Shown here one piece after another: positions 29,415 through 39,428 of a stretch of 64,000 nt of DNA. Positions within the stretch are counted from its first letter, which is position 1, and each line of letters begins with the position of its first letter. The stretch covers positions 1,376,001 to 1,440,000 of the forward strand of contig CAXXUK010000001.1 of NCBI GenBank assembly GCA_963665125.2, read 5' to 3'. Source of the DNA: an uncultured Desulfarculus sp. Lineage in GTDB: Bacteria > Desulfobacterota > Desulfarculia > Desulfarculales > Desulfarculaceae. The notes under the pieces were generated by a model that was not told the origin of the DNA, searched no databases, and was given only the letters and a program-made list of their open reading frames with translations. A program made the translations under genes and the position numbers.

Positions 29415-30634
29415 TCGATGACTCGTATTTGTGTTAACAAAGACAAGGGCTCCTGACCCTATGTTGCTATGAATTTTCACAAATTTCGGTCATATGAAGA
29501 ATAGGGCCTGAAGCCCCTTTTGAGGCTGGCGTTCACTTATAATGGGTTAGGGTTTTTCCCTTACCCCGGTAAAGGCCCTCCACTGCCGGCTGGATATTTC
29601 CGGGCCGCTGGTCATGTCCCTTGAGATCAAACGAACGGTAGGCTCCAATAAAACAGATATTGCCGCAATCCGCGTAATCGCGTCAAAGGAGTTCACCGAT
29701 GTAGAGTCTCACGAAATACAATTTGCAACAGATTGATTTATCATTACTTTTAGGCGATAAACAACGCGGGGATGAATGAAAGCGACTATTGACCACCAGA
29801 GCCATAACACGGTCGTCTACAGGCTCCGCCCGAAATGGGCCATGACAGCCTATCGTCGGCACTCGGTTTTTAGTCATATCATTTTTCTGAAATTGACCGG
29901 CTCATGTCCTAAGAGTTGGTTACCCTGCCCTGGCCATAGTCATATTCCCCCATTCCGGTATCGGGCCTGCCCTTCACAACCTTAGATATCGTAGTGGTCG
30001 CATTTGCTTCTGCGGTCTCACATAAAACCAGCCGGGCACTCTAAAATCTTTTTTCGCCGTATTTCGGGGAATATATTCGGCAGGTCATGCGGTCGATAAT
30101 GAATGACTTTGCCAGGTTATGATCATGCTATGTTGTCGAAATGAGCAAAAAACGTAAACCTAAGAGTCACATCATAAACTCATGCATATTAGCCACAGAG
30201 ACTTGCTTTTACTTATCATGCTGAGTGCAACCCAGCCTTGCAGCGTCATATCTATGAGATTCGTAAATTAATGAAATTTTAAGGCGATCACCCCATTTAC
30301 ACGGGAAAATTATATGGTATTCAGCGTATAAGGCCTTGTGATACTCCGAAATATCAGATATCACAACCAACATTTTCAATGGATCATATAGACTTCAATT
30401 GGTTTGATTGGAACAGGCGTTCAACATTTATTATCGGAAAAAGTCCTGACAATATAAGGATGATAGTAGCAATTTAACCAATACTACTTAGTGAAGTAAG
30501 CCAGCTACTGCCGGCTGGAATTTCAACACTTATAATATTAATAACTAGTATCATTTTTTTGCGTATATGGAATTTCTTTGATTCTGATCAATTTTTTAAA
30601 TATAAATTTAAATATTATTATGACAAGGTGACGC

Positions 30635-32311
30635 ATGCTTGAGTTAATAACATTTTTCTTTTTGATTCTTGGCGTTTTGCCTCTCATATATAGTCTGCAT
30701 ATTGCAAGAAAAAAAGCTGATTACCTTGGAGACACCGTATTTATTGGAAGACAAGAAATCCAACAACTTCGTTTAGCTCAAAAAAACCTTATCAAGAGAT
30801 TTTTTGACCGTACCGCCAAATTAGAACAAAGGAATCGTGAGTTGAGGGAGGCCCTGGCAAGCCTCAATCAGAAGACGTATGAATTGAAGCAATTTTTCGA
30901 TATCACACCAGATTTATTTTGTATGGCAGACAAAGCAGGCAGATTTCACATGGTAAATCCAGCATTTTGCGACTTGCTCGGATATACGAGTGACGAGTTG
31001 CTAAGCCAGCCCATATTGACATTTGTCCACCCCGATGACCACGAATCCACCAACAAAGACATTAGGTTAGCATGCCAAGGTTATGCAATAAGGAATTCTA
31101 AAAACCGTTATATAGCCAAGGACGGATCAATAAAAACACTATCATGGTCTTCGAGCAGCGCTGATGGATCTTCCATCACTTACGCGGCGGCCAGGGATAT
31201 CACGGAGCAGGTAATAGCTCATAAAATATTAAAAGATCAACAAGATATGATCAACGCCATTGTCGACACCTCGCCTGTGGGACTGGGTTTTTATCACGGG
31301 GAAAAGGTAGTCTGGGCGAATAAGACTTTATTAGAAATATTGGGATGTAACAACACCGACCATGTCACAAGAACAGCAATTGGTTATTCCGTAAACACGA
31401 GTGATTCGTTTTCAGATTTAGTCAAATTAATACAAGTCGGCAATATCGGAATCGTCTCCATAGATGCCTCTATCTCAAAATGTGACGGCACCGTTGCCGA
31501 AGTTCTGGTGCAAGGAAAGCTGTTGGATTCCGAAGAGCCAAAGAACGGAGCGATCTTTACAGTCACCGATATTACCAAGCGGATAAAGTATGAATTGCAA
31601 TTAAAAGGCTATAAGCAAAGGTTGGGTATCCTTCTAAAGGAACTAACAATGGCCGAGGAACGACAGCGCCGATCCATAGCCGGTGAACTGCATGACAGCA
31701 TCAGTCAGGATTTGGCCCTTTTACGTATCAAACTTCAACTACTGGCCACCCAAACAGGAAAAGAGAGAAAACAAGAAGTACAGCAAATAATCAGTCAACT
31801 TGATAGTGTCCTGAAATCAACCCGCGACATGACAGTTCAATTAAGTCCGCCTGTTCTGAGCCAATTCGGAATCGATGCGGCGGTTGACTGGCTATTGGTC
31901 CGCATGAAGGCCGAAGTGGGTTATTTTATTGAGTACTCACGCAGCGGCAAGGCAAGGCGGCCTGATACGGAAGTGGAAACCTTGTTTTTTCGTTGCATCC
32001 GGGAAATCACCATAAACATTCAAAAACATGCAAAAGCACACTGCGTTTGGTTATCATTGCAATTCCAGGCTGGCGGCATGGATGCATGCATAGTTGACGA
32101 CGGCGTTGGTTTTGATATTTCGCGGCTGAGTTGCAAATCGGACTATGGGTTTGGTCTATTCAGCATTGGGGAACGACTGAATGCCATTGGCGGCGGAATG
32201 CATATCGAGTCGGACCAGGAAACCGGAACCGCCGTTAGACTGTGGGCTCCGTTCACGCCTCTGATTAACACAGTGGAATCTATTGATGAAAACGAAAATA
32301 TTGCTGGCTGA
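30635..32311 (+). CDS. PAS-PAS histidine kinase, HisKA_3 (NarX/UhpB-like)
   Basis: FVHPDD PAS motif, EERQRRSIAGELHDS, NIQKHA, DDGVGF, GFGL. Confidence 0.9.
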   Translation: MLELITFFFLILGVLPLIYSLHIARKKADYLGDTVFIGRQEIQQLRLAQKNLIKRFFDRTAKLEQRNRELREALASLNQKTYELKQFFDITPDLFCMADKAGRFHMVNPAFCDLLGYTSDELLSQPILTFVHPDDHESTNKDIRLACQGYAIRNSKNRYIAKDGSIKTLSWSSSSADGSSITYAAARDITEQVIAHKILKDQQDMINAIVDTSPVGLGFYHGEKVVWANKTLLEILGCNNTDHVTRTAIGYSVNTSDSFSDLVKLIQVGNIGIVSIDASISKCDGTVAEVLVQGKLLDSEEPKNGAIFTVTDITKRIKYELQLKGYKQRLGILLKELTMAEERQRRSIAGELHDSISQDLALLRIKLQLLATQTGKERKQEVQQIISQLDSVLKSTRDMTVQLSPPVLSQFGIDAAVDWLLVRMKAEVGYFIEYSRSGKARRPDTEVETLFFRCIREITINIQKHAKAHCVWLSLQFQAGGMDACIVDDGVGFDISRLSCKSDYGFGLFSIGERLNAIGGGMHIESDQETGTAVRLWAPFTPLINTVESIDENENIAG

Positions 32312-32933
32312 TGACAATGTCATCATGTCTGAAGGGCTGCGTTTGCTTATCGAACAAAACGATCAACTTGAGGTCGTTGATATAGCTCACACGGGCAGGG
32401 AGGCCGTCAACAAAGCTGCCAGACTATGTCCCGACTTGGTTATTATTGATGTGACAATGCCGGATCTTAACGGAATCGAAGCAACACGACAAATAAAGGC
32501 AAAAAACCAACTTATCGACATCATAGGCCTGTCCATTCATTCCGACAGCCGGTTTGTGGTTGAAATGCTCAAGGCCGGAGCCAGGGCTTATGTGCTGAAA
32601 CAATGCGCCGTTGAAGAGTTATTTCAAGCCCTGAATGCCGTCTTGCAAGGCCATTCCTATCTTAGCGCCGGAGTGACCCAAAGCGTTCTAGAGGACCTGA
32701 TGACTCGCGGCGGCAATAATAGCCAAACAGCGCATTCCCGTTTGACGCCTCGTGAATTGGAAGTCCTGCAGTTTCTGGCCGATGGAAACAGCACCAAGGA
32801 AGTCAGTTCTTTACTGAATTTAAGCGTAAAAACCATTGACACTCACCGCAGTAATATTATGCGCAAGTTAGGTATTTCCAATACTGCCGAGTTGGTCAAG
32901 TATGCTATACGTGAAGGGCTGACAACGATCTGA
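32286..32933 (+). CDS. NarL/LuxR-family response regulator
   Basis: LLADD, DVTMP, LTPRELEVL ... KTIDTHRSNIMRKL. Confidence 0.93.
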   Translation: MKTKILLADDNVIMSEGLRLLIEQNDQLEVVDIAHTGREAVNKAARLCPDLVIIDVTMPDLNGIEATRQIKAKNQLIDIIGLSIHSDSRFVVEMLKAGARAYVLKQCAVEELFQALNAVLQGHSYLSAGVTQSVLEDLMTRGGNNSQTAHSRLTPRELEVLQFLADGNSTKEVSSLLNLSVKTIDTHRSNIMRKLGISNTAELVKYAIREGLTTI

Positions 32934-33315
32934 CAATCATTTCAACCCCGCCCATATCGTCCAGCTCTAGGGTGATCAATTCATAACCTAAGGGTTTTCC
33001 CTACATTCATTTCCGTTTCTCCCTGATTGTATCCCAACCAAGGAATATCCAAAAATATGTCAGCAAACGGGTGGTAGCTAGGGGTTCGGCCAATCAGGAT
33101 AAAAGCAGCTTCGAAAAATTGTCAACGGCGCAACTAAAGGCTTCGGCTAGTCCACATGTCTTTGACATTATCTTGCCGGCCTACTGGTTTACCAAAGGGG
33201 GGCTCAGTATTGGAGGCCATTATCCGAATGGATTACATCTGGCCTACAACCATGTGTACCGCGCAAATCCGTATGCCCCAATCAAACGGCAATAATTTTT
33301 TTTCGAGGTTTTTCA

Positions 33316-35238
33316 ATGTTTTCAAGGGGTACCATCAGGCAGAAGCTGCTTACTCTAACAAGTGTTATGGCCTTAATAATATTTGGCTTATCGTTTTTTT
33401 TCATCAACCGGTTCAGCGTTACAGGTGAATACTATCACGATGTGACAAATAGCAGGATGCCCCAACAGCAAACCGCGGGCTTTATGTCTGAGCTCCTTCT
33501 CGGGGCCCGCTTGAACATAACCGAATTGAGTACTGTTGAGCGGAGTATTGCCAATCAAAAGGTCTTTGCCCAGCGAACCAAGGAACGCCTGGAAAAAGTC
33601 AGGGCATTGACCAAAGCAATGCAGTTGGGCAGCAAAGACCTGGGCGAGATAATCCCCCAGGCAAAAGACCTAGCCTTACCAGCCTGTTCAAGCGGCGGAC
33701 GAATTGAACAAATTCTCAAAGCAATGAACCCGGAACTTAATGAGTTTGAAACGACCTGTAAGACCCTAATTGAGTTAAAAAGGCAACAAATAGAGTTGGT
33801 CAATCAAATCGGTTGGTTTGACAGCGATCAAGAAAGCCAGGGAACCGTCAAGGAACTCGTGCTTGCCGGCAGGAAAATGCAGCAACACGCCGATGATGGT
33901 CATGTCGGTTTTCTGGTGATGAAGGTGCGATCCCAGGAAAAAAACTTTTTACGTCGTGTTGACCAGCAATACATATCAAATATGGAGCAGGTTCTTGAGG
34001 ACTTGAAAACGGTCAGCACCGGCGAATTGTCCAATGCGCTGCAAAAATACAAAACCATTCTCTCCAGCCTCAAGGACAATGTTGTCAAGGAAGCGCAACT
34101 CAGGGAAAAAATTAAAACATTGGTGCGCGGGGACCTGCGAAATCAGCAAAAGCAGGTTGACACCCATATGGATGAGTTGACCAAACGAGCATCGGACCAG
34201 CTTTCAAAAAGCCTGCAACTGGCACGCGATTCAGAATCCCAATCCCGCATCATCATACTCGCAGGCGCCGCCACTTCGATTATCGTCTGTATCCTTTTAG
34301 GTCTTTTAATTACCAAAACCATTAACAAGCAACTTAGAAGTATTGCCTCCACGCTTGGCGATGGCGCAAGGATGGTGGTCGCCGCCTCGGGGCAGGTTGC
34401 CGCCACGAGCCAATCACAGGCGCAGGGCTCGTCGGAGCAAGCCGCGGCACTGGAGGAAACAGCCGCGGCACTGGAGGAAATGGCCTCGATGGCAGGCCGC
34501 AACTCCAACAGCGCAACCGCCGCCGACAAACTGATGCACGATACCAACCAGGTGGTTCGCGAGGCGGGTTCCAATATGCAGGCCCTCTACCAAGCCATAG
34601 AACAAATAACCAATACCAGCGACGAAATGGCAAAGATTGTTAGGACCATCAACGAAATAGCCTTTCAAACAAACTTGCTGGCCCTCAACGCCGCGGTGGA
34701 AGCCGCCAGGGCCGGTGATGCCGGGTCAGGCTTCGCGGTGGTGGCCGACGAAGTTCGCTCCCTTGCCTTGCGCACGGCGGAGGCGGCCCACAGCACCTCG
34801 AGCATGATTGATCAGAACATTGACAAAATCGGCCAACTATCAAATCTGATGGAAGTGACGACCAGGGCCTTTGGGCAGGTGCGGGACAGCTCGGGAAAAG
34901 TGGCCAGCATTGTCGAGGAAATAGCAACCGCTTCGGCCGAACAGACCAAGGGCGTGGAACAGATCAACCAGGCCATGAATGAAATGGATCAGCGCATCCA
35001 GCAAACCGCTTCCGTTGCCGAGGAATCGGCAAGCGCTGCCGAAGAACTGAATGCACAGGCCGAAAGCACCAATGATATGGTCGAAGGATTAATTGCAATT
35101 ATTGGCGGCGCCCATAAAAACGGGGCGGCCAAAAAACACAAAGCACCAGGCGTTGATGGCGGCAGGGCCTTGTTGATCGAAGGCGTGGAGACATCCCGGA
35201 ACTATCTGGACCCTGCGGATGATTTTTTTAGGATCTAG
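33316..35238 (+). CDS. Methyl-accepting chemotaxis protein
   Basis: Two TM helices, large helical periplasmic domain, [20 protein letters not shown]. Confidence 0.93.
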   Translation: MFSRGTIRQKLLTLTSVMALIIFGLSFFFINRFSVTGEYYHDVTNSRMPQQQTAGFMSELLLGARLNITELSTVERSIANQKVFAQRTKERLEKVRALTKAMQLGSKDLGEIIPQAKDLALPACSSGGRIEQILKAMNPELNEFETTCKTLIELKRQQIELVNQIGWFDSDQESQGTVKELVLAGRKMQQHADDGHVGFLVMKVRSQEKNFLRRVDQQYISNMEQVLEDLKTVSTGELSNALQKYKTILSSLKDNVVKEAQLREKIKTLVRGDLRNQQKQVDTHMDELTKRASDQLSKSLQLARDSESQSRIIILAGAATSIIVCILLGLLITKTINKQLRSIASTLGDGARMVVAASGQVAATSQSQAQGSSEQAAALEETAAALEEMASMAGRNSNSATAADKLMHDTNQVVREAGSNMQALYQAIEQITNTSDEMAKIVRTINEIAFQTNLLALNAAVEAARAGDAGSGFAVVADEVRSLALRTAEAAHSTSSMIDQNIDKIGQLSNLMEVTTRAFGQVRDSSGKVASIVEEIATASAEQTKGVEQINQAMNEMDQRIQQTASVAEESASAAEELNAQAESTNDMVEGLIAIIGGAHKNGAAKKHKAPGVDGGRALLIEGVETSRNYLDPADDFFRI

Positions 35239-35254
35239 CTTGGAGCAGTGATTC

Positions 35255-37471
35255 ATGACCGGGGACAATCAAACGGTTTTATTTGTTATTGTCGCGGCTT
35301 CGGCGGCGCTGCAAGCCGCGGCGGCCGTGGTTGCGCTTAGCCTGAACCGCTTTACAACACGCAGGCATGGCTGGAGCCTGATATCCCTGGCGATTTTCTG
35401 CATGGCTTTCCGCAGGCTCCTCGAACTCCACTCCCTTACCATGGGACACGCCGACGTAACCAACACGAATGTATGGCAGGAAACCACGGCGTTGCTGACA
35501 TCGGCTTTGATGCTGGCAGGTCTGGTTCTCCTGCGCGGTATGTTTCAGGCCATGCAGGGGGCTCATCTGGCCTTGATACACAGTGAAAAACGGTATCGCG
35601 ACATCTTTGAACAATCCAACGACGGCATCGTGGTTTCCGATTTGGAAGGCAAGGTTCAAGACATGAACCTGGCTGGACGAAAAATGTTCGGCGTTTCCCA
35701 GGAAGGTCCCATAGATGCTTACGTGACCGACTATTACATCGACCCGGCCGACAGAACGACCTTGTTGGAGATAATCGCTCAATATGGGTACTGCCGCGAT
35801 TTTGCAGTGCCCATGAAAAAGGGCGACGGCCGGGTAATGGAATGTGAACTCAGCTCTTGTATGCGGGTCGATGAGTCTGATTTTTCCAACGGTTATCTGA
35901 CTATTGTCAGGGATGCCACCCGCCGCCTGCGCGCCGAAGCCGAGCTGCGCGAAAAGACCAACACCCTTGATGCCATTTTGGCGTCATCGCCCGTGGGAAT
36001 ATTTCTGGTGCGTGACGAAAAGGTTGTTTGGGTCAACCCGGCCATAGTCACAATACTCGGCTACAACGGCAAACAAATAATGGGAATGGCCCCCATAGAT
36101 TTCTGGGTCAGGCCGGAAGAATACATACCAGCAGCCAGCAGGGCCCTCAAGGAAATGACCTTGGTGGGATCGGCGGTCGTGGAAACCGAAATGAAACATG
36201 CTGGCGGCACCTATTTCGACGCATTCATCCAATTGAGAGCCGTGGACACCAGTGCGCCGGCCAAGGGCTATATCGGTTGCATAAGTGACGTCACCGAACG
36301 CAAACGGGCCGCGGAGAAAATTCGCAAATCAGAAGCCCGCTACAGTCTTGTGCTGGAAAACGCCAATGTGGCCACCTTTATTTTGCAGGACGACAGGGTT
36401 AATTTCTGCAATGAAAAGGCATGCGATTTATTGGGGATGCCCCAAAGCGAACTCGCCAACAAACCGTGGCGGTCATTGGTGAGTGAGCTATGCGCCAAGT
36501 CGTTGGAACGCGACATCGGTCCCGTTTTGCGTGCCGGCGGAAAATTCGGGCCCAAAGAACACAGGGTCGACTTGGTCAACGGCCGCCAACTTCTTCTGGA
36601 CTTTACGGTGACGCCGGTCGAGCATGAACGCCAAACTGTTATTTTAGCCTTTGCCCAGGATATGACCACCCAGAGACGCCTGGAGCGTCAGCTTCAACAA
36701 GCCCAGAAAATGGAGGCCCTTGGCCGACTCGCCGCTGGTGTTGCCCATGACTTCAACAACTTGATCATGGTTATAGAAAACTACAGCCAAATATTGATGA
36801 TGCATACGGATTGCACCGACGCCATTGCCGGATTTGGCAACGAGATCAAGGCCGCCTGCAAACGCGCTCTTAATTTGACCGAAAAGCTTTCAATGTTCAG
36901 CCGCCAGCAAATAACCCCGCCCAATTTGCTGGATATGAATTCTGTAATCAATGATATGCACCCCATGGTCAAGCCTCTGTTGAATCCCGATGTCAAATTC
37001 CAGGTAAAACTGGCACCGGACCTGTGGAACATCTTGGGAGACCGGGGCGAGATGGAGCAGGTATTAATGAATCTGGCGGTTAACGCAAATGACGCCATGG
37101 AACACGGCGGCATCCTGACAATATCAACAGCCAATTTCGATTCAAGAAACAATGAGATAGCCAATACTTCAGAGATTCCGCCCGGCAAATATGTTTTATT
37201 GGCGGTTGGCGATACGGGCACCGGCATCGACCCGGAAACCGCCGCCCACATGTTTGAGCCGTTTTTCAGCACCAAACGCGTGGGTAAAGGCACTGGGTTG
37301 GGATTATCGATTGTCTACGGCATAGTGAAAAAACTTGAAGGGCAGATTATTGTGGATAGTTCGCCGGGACGGGGGACCCTTATGAATGTCTTTATCCCCA
37401 AAGTGGAGGATGCCGTTGTTCTGCCTGAAGAACACATTCAATTTTCGACAGTTTCGGCAAAAAGTATTTAA
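35255..37471 (+). CDS. Membrane multi-PAS histidine kinase
   Basis: Three N-terminal TM helices, three PAS-like repeats, AHDFNN, DTGTG, GTGLGL; no receiver domain. Confidence 0.9.
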   Translation: MTGDNQTVLFVIVAASAALQAAAAVVALSLNRFTTRRHGWSLISLAIFCMAFRRLLELHSLTMGHADVTNTNVWQETTALLTSALMLAGLVLLRGMFQAMQGAHLALIHSEKRYRDIFEQSNDGIVVSDLEGKVQDMNLAGRKMFGVSQEGPIDAYVTDYYIDPADRTTLLEIIAQYGYCRDFAVPMKKGDGRVMECELSSCMRVDESDFSNGYLTIVRDATRRLRAEAELREKTNTLDAILASSPVGIFLVRDEKVVWVNPAIVTILGYNGKQIMGMAPIDFWVRPEEYIPAASRALKEMTLVGSAVVETEMKHAGGTYFDAFIQLRAVDTSAPAKGYIGCISDVTERKRAAEKIRKSEARYSLVLENANVATFILQDDRVNFCNEKACDLLGMPQSELANKPWRSLVSELCAKSLERDIGPVLRAGGKFGPKEHRVDLVNGRQLLLDFTVTPVEHERQTVILAFAQDMTTQRRLERQLQQAQKMEALGRLAAGVAHDFNNLIMVIENYSQILMMHTDCTDAIAGFGNEIKAACKRALNLTEKLSMFSRQQITPPNLLDMNSVINDMHPMVKPLLNPDVKFQVKLAPDLWNILGDRGEMEQVLMNLAVNANDAMEHGGILTISTANFDSRNNEIANTSEIPPGKYVLLAVGDTGTGIDPETAAHMFEPFFSTKRVGKGTGLGLSIVYGIVKKLEGQIIVDSSPGRGTLMNVFIPKVEDAVVLPEEHIQFSTVSAKSI

Positions 37472-37701
37472 TTTTTTTCAATAACCGCCATGTTCGTAGG
37501 GCGTGGAACACGCACCCCGGACATATATGTGCATTCCTTGGCCTCCGCCTTTCACGGCCCTTTACCGTGTGGTTAGCCATTGCGGTATTTTCAATGTTCA
37601 CCGGCAATTAAATACCACAGGCCTGTATCCATTTCGGTTCGGCGCCCTTGCACCTGCGGGACCAACCAACCCAAAAGGCAAACAGAATCAGATTGTTATA
37701 A

Positions 37702-37719
37702 TTGTAATTTAATTGTAAT
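37702..37719 (+). promoter_or_regulatory. OmpR/PhoB-type direct repeat
   Basis: TTGTAAT-TTAA-TTGTAAT with an 11-bp period, about 50 nt before the TTG start at 37767. Confidence 0.45.
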
Positions 37720-37766
37720 ATGATTGGCACATTTGGAACGGGTCATTATTTTCAAAGGGGGAACTT

Positions 37767-37973
37767 TTGGGCAAGTTACTAGTTTACCTTTTTGTTTTTA
37801 CTGTTGTTTCCATAGCCTTTGCAAGCCCAGCCCATGCTTATATAGACATGGGCACCGGCAGCTACGTAATCCAGATGGTCCTTGCCGGTCTGCTTAGCGT
37901 TGGTGTTGCCTTGCGTGTATTTTGGGGGCGGATCAAGTCTTTTTTCTCACGCAATGACGACAAAGACAAATGA
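37767..37973 (+). CDS. Small exported/membrane protein (AHA-YIDMGTGS motif)
   Basis: Signal peptide ending in AHA, then YIDMGTGS, a TM helix and a basic tail. ATGA overlap with the next gene. Confidence 0.75.
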   Translation: MGKLLVYLFVFTVVSIAFASPAHAYIDMGTGSYVIQMVLAGLLSVGVALRVFWGRIKSFFSRNDDKDK

Positions 37974-39352
37974 TTGATACCAGCCGCGCCTTTGCCTCTT
38001 TTCGCGACCCTTCCGGATTTATTTTTTACAAAAACGAGGTGCTATACCGCCAGATCAATCAATCCTACGCCCGGCAATATCAGAATGCCAAGGATTGCGG
38101 CCTTTTTGATTTGGCCATAAACAACGGATGGATGCTCCCCTTTGAGGAAATTCACGATTCCCCTACTTTGTCCCCGGAAGGCTATAAGGTAATTAAGCCT
38201 CGGTTTGTTCCCTTTGTCTCATATCCATATGAATGGTGTTTTTCCCAAATCAAAGACGCTGCCCTGCTAACCTTGGACCTCCATCTCGCCGCCATTGAAC
38301 ATGACATGCTGCTGAAGGACGCCAGTATATACAACATCCAGTTCATCGACGGCAGGCCCACATTCATCGACCACCTGTCCTTTGATAACATAGAAGGGCA
38401 CGGCGCTTGGCCCGCCTATGGCCAGTTCTGCCGACACTTTCTGGCCCCCCTTTTATTGATGGCGTTCTGCGATCACCGCATGAGTTTAATGCTCAGGGAT
38501 TTCATCGACGGCATTCCCCTTGATCTGGCCTCGCGTCTGTTGCCCAAACGGACATATATGCGTATGGGCACCCTTATGCATCTGCATATGCACGCCAAAA
38601 GCCAGGTTCGTTATAGCGACAAAGTCGTGGATATGAAAAAGCGCGCCGCGGACAGGCGTTCTTTGTTTGCCATGGCCTCATCGCTGCGCCGGACAATAGA
38701 AAAAACCGAATTTAAGGTTGCCGATACCGAGTGGGCCAAGTATTACGAAGACACCAATTACAATGACCAAGCCATGGACTCCAAAAAGTCCGTTGTTGGA
38801 GATATGCTCCAGAAGGCCTCGCCCCAAATGGTATGGGACCTTGGCGGCAATATTGGCGTTTTCAGCAGAATAAGCGCGGCCAACAACCTTAATACCATTT
38901 GCTTTGATGTTGACCACTCGGCTGTGGAACAAAACTACAGGCAGTGCCGGCAGGATAGGGCAAACAACATCCTGCCCCTGGTCATGGACCTGACCAACCC
39001 CAGCCCCGGTTTGGGTTTTGCCGGGCGGGAAAGGGATTCCTTGCAGGACAGAGGGCCGGTTGACATGATCATGGCTCTTGCCCTCATCCACCATCTGGCA
39101 ATCTCCAACAACCTGCCCCTTTCGTACATTGCCGAATACTTCGCCGGCCTGGCAGAGTGGCTGATTATCGAATTCGTGCCCAAGCAGGACTCGCAGGTGC
39201 AGCGTCTTTTGGCCACCAGGGAAGACATATTCCCCGATTATGATGAAGCCGGTTTTGAAAATGCTTTTTCAAAACACTTTGATATCATTGACAAGCAAGC
39301 CGTGAACCACTCCAACCGCTGTATTTATTTAATGAAATCAAAATTGTCTTAA
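37970..39352 (+). CDS. NoeA-like protein: kinase-like N-domain plus class I SAM methyltransferase
   Basis: SFRDPSG, SYPYEW, KDASIYN ... FID; then WDLGGNIG, FDVD, ALALIHHL. Confidence 0.8.
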   Translation: MIDTSRAFASFRDPSGFIFYKNEVLYRQINQSYARQYQNAKDCGLFDLAINNGWMLPFEEIHDSPTLSPEGYKVIKPRFVPFVSYPYEWCFSQIKDAALLTLDLHLAAIEHDMLLKDASIYNIQFIDGRPTFIDHLSFDNIEGHGAWPAYGQFCRHFLAPLLLMAFCDHRMSLMLRDFIDGIPLDLASRLLPKRTYMRMGTLMHLHMHAKSQVRYSDKVVDMKKRAADRRSLFAMASSLRRTIEKTEFKVADTEWAKYYEDTNYNDQAMDSKKSVVGDMLQKASPQMVWDLGGNIGVFSRISAANNLNTICFDVDHSAVEQNYRQCRQDRANNILPLVMDLTNPSPGLGFAGRERDSLQDRGPVDMIMALALIHHLAISNNLPLSYIAEYFAGLAEWLIIEFVPKQDSQVQRLLATREDIFPDYDEAGFENAFSKHFDIIDKQAVNHSNRCIYLMKSKLS

Positions 39353-39428
39353 TCCGGCCGGCGACACGATCCGTGTTTCCGGAGGCGATAGCCAAGTAAA
39401 TATCAAACATTGAATCAGGAGTTGAATT

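Noticed and set aside
30141..30224. 27-aa ORF MSKKRKPK...CFYLSC
   Set aside because: No RBS and no context; expected by chance.
33050..33315. Possible riboswitch (c-di-GMP-I, ykkC, TPP) in the MCP leader, prompted by GCTAGGGGTTC and local hairpins
   Set aside because: The diagnostic conserved segments of these families are missing; an Infernal/Rfam scan would be needed.
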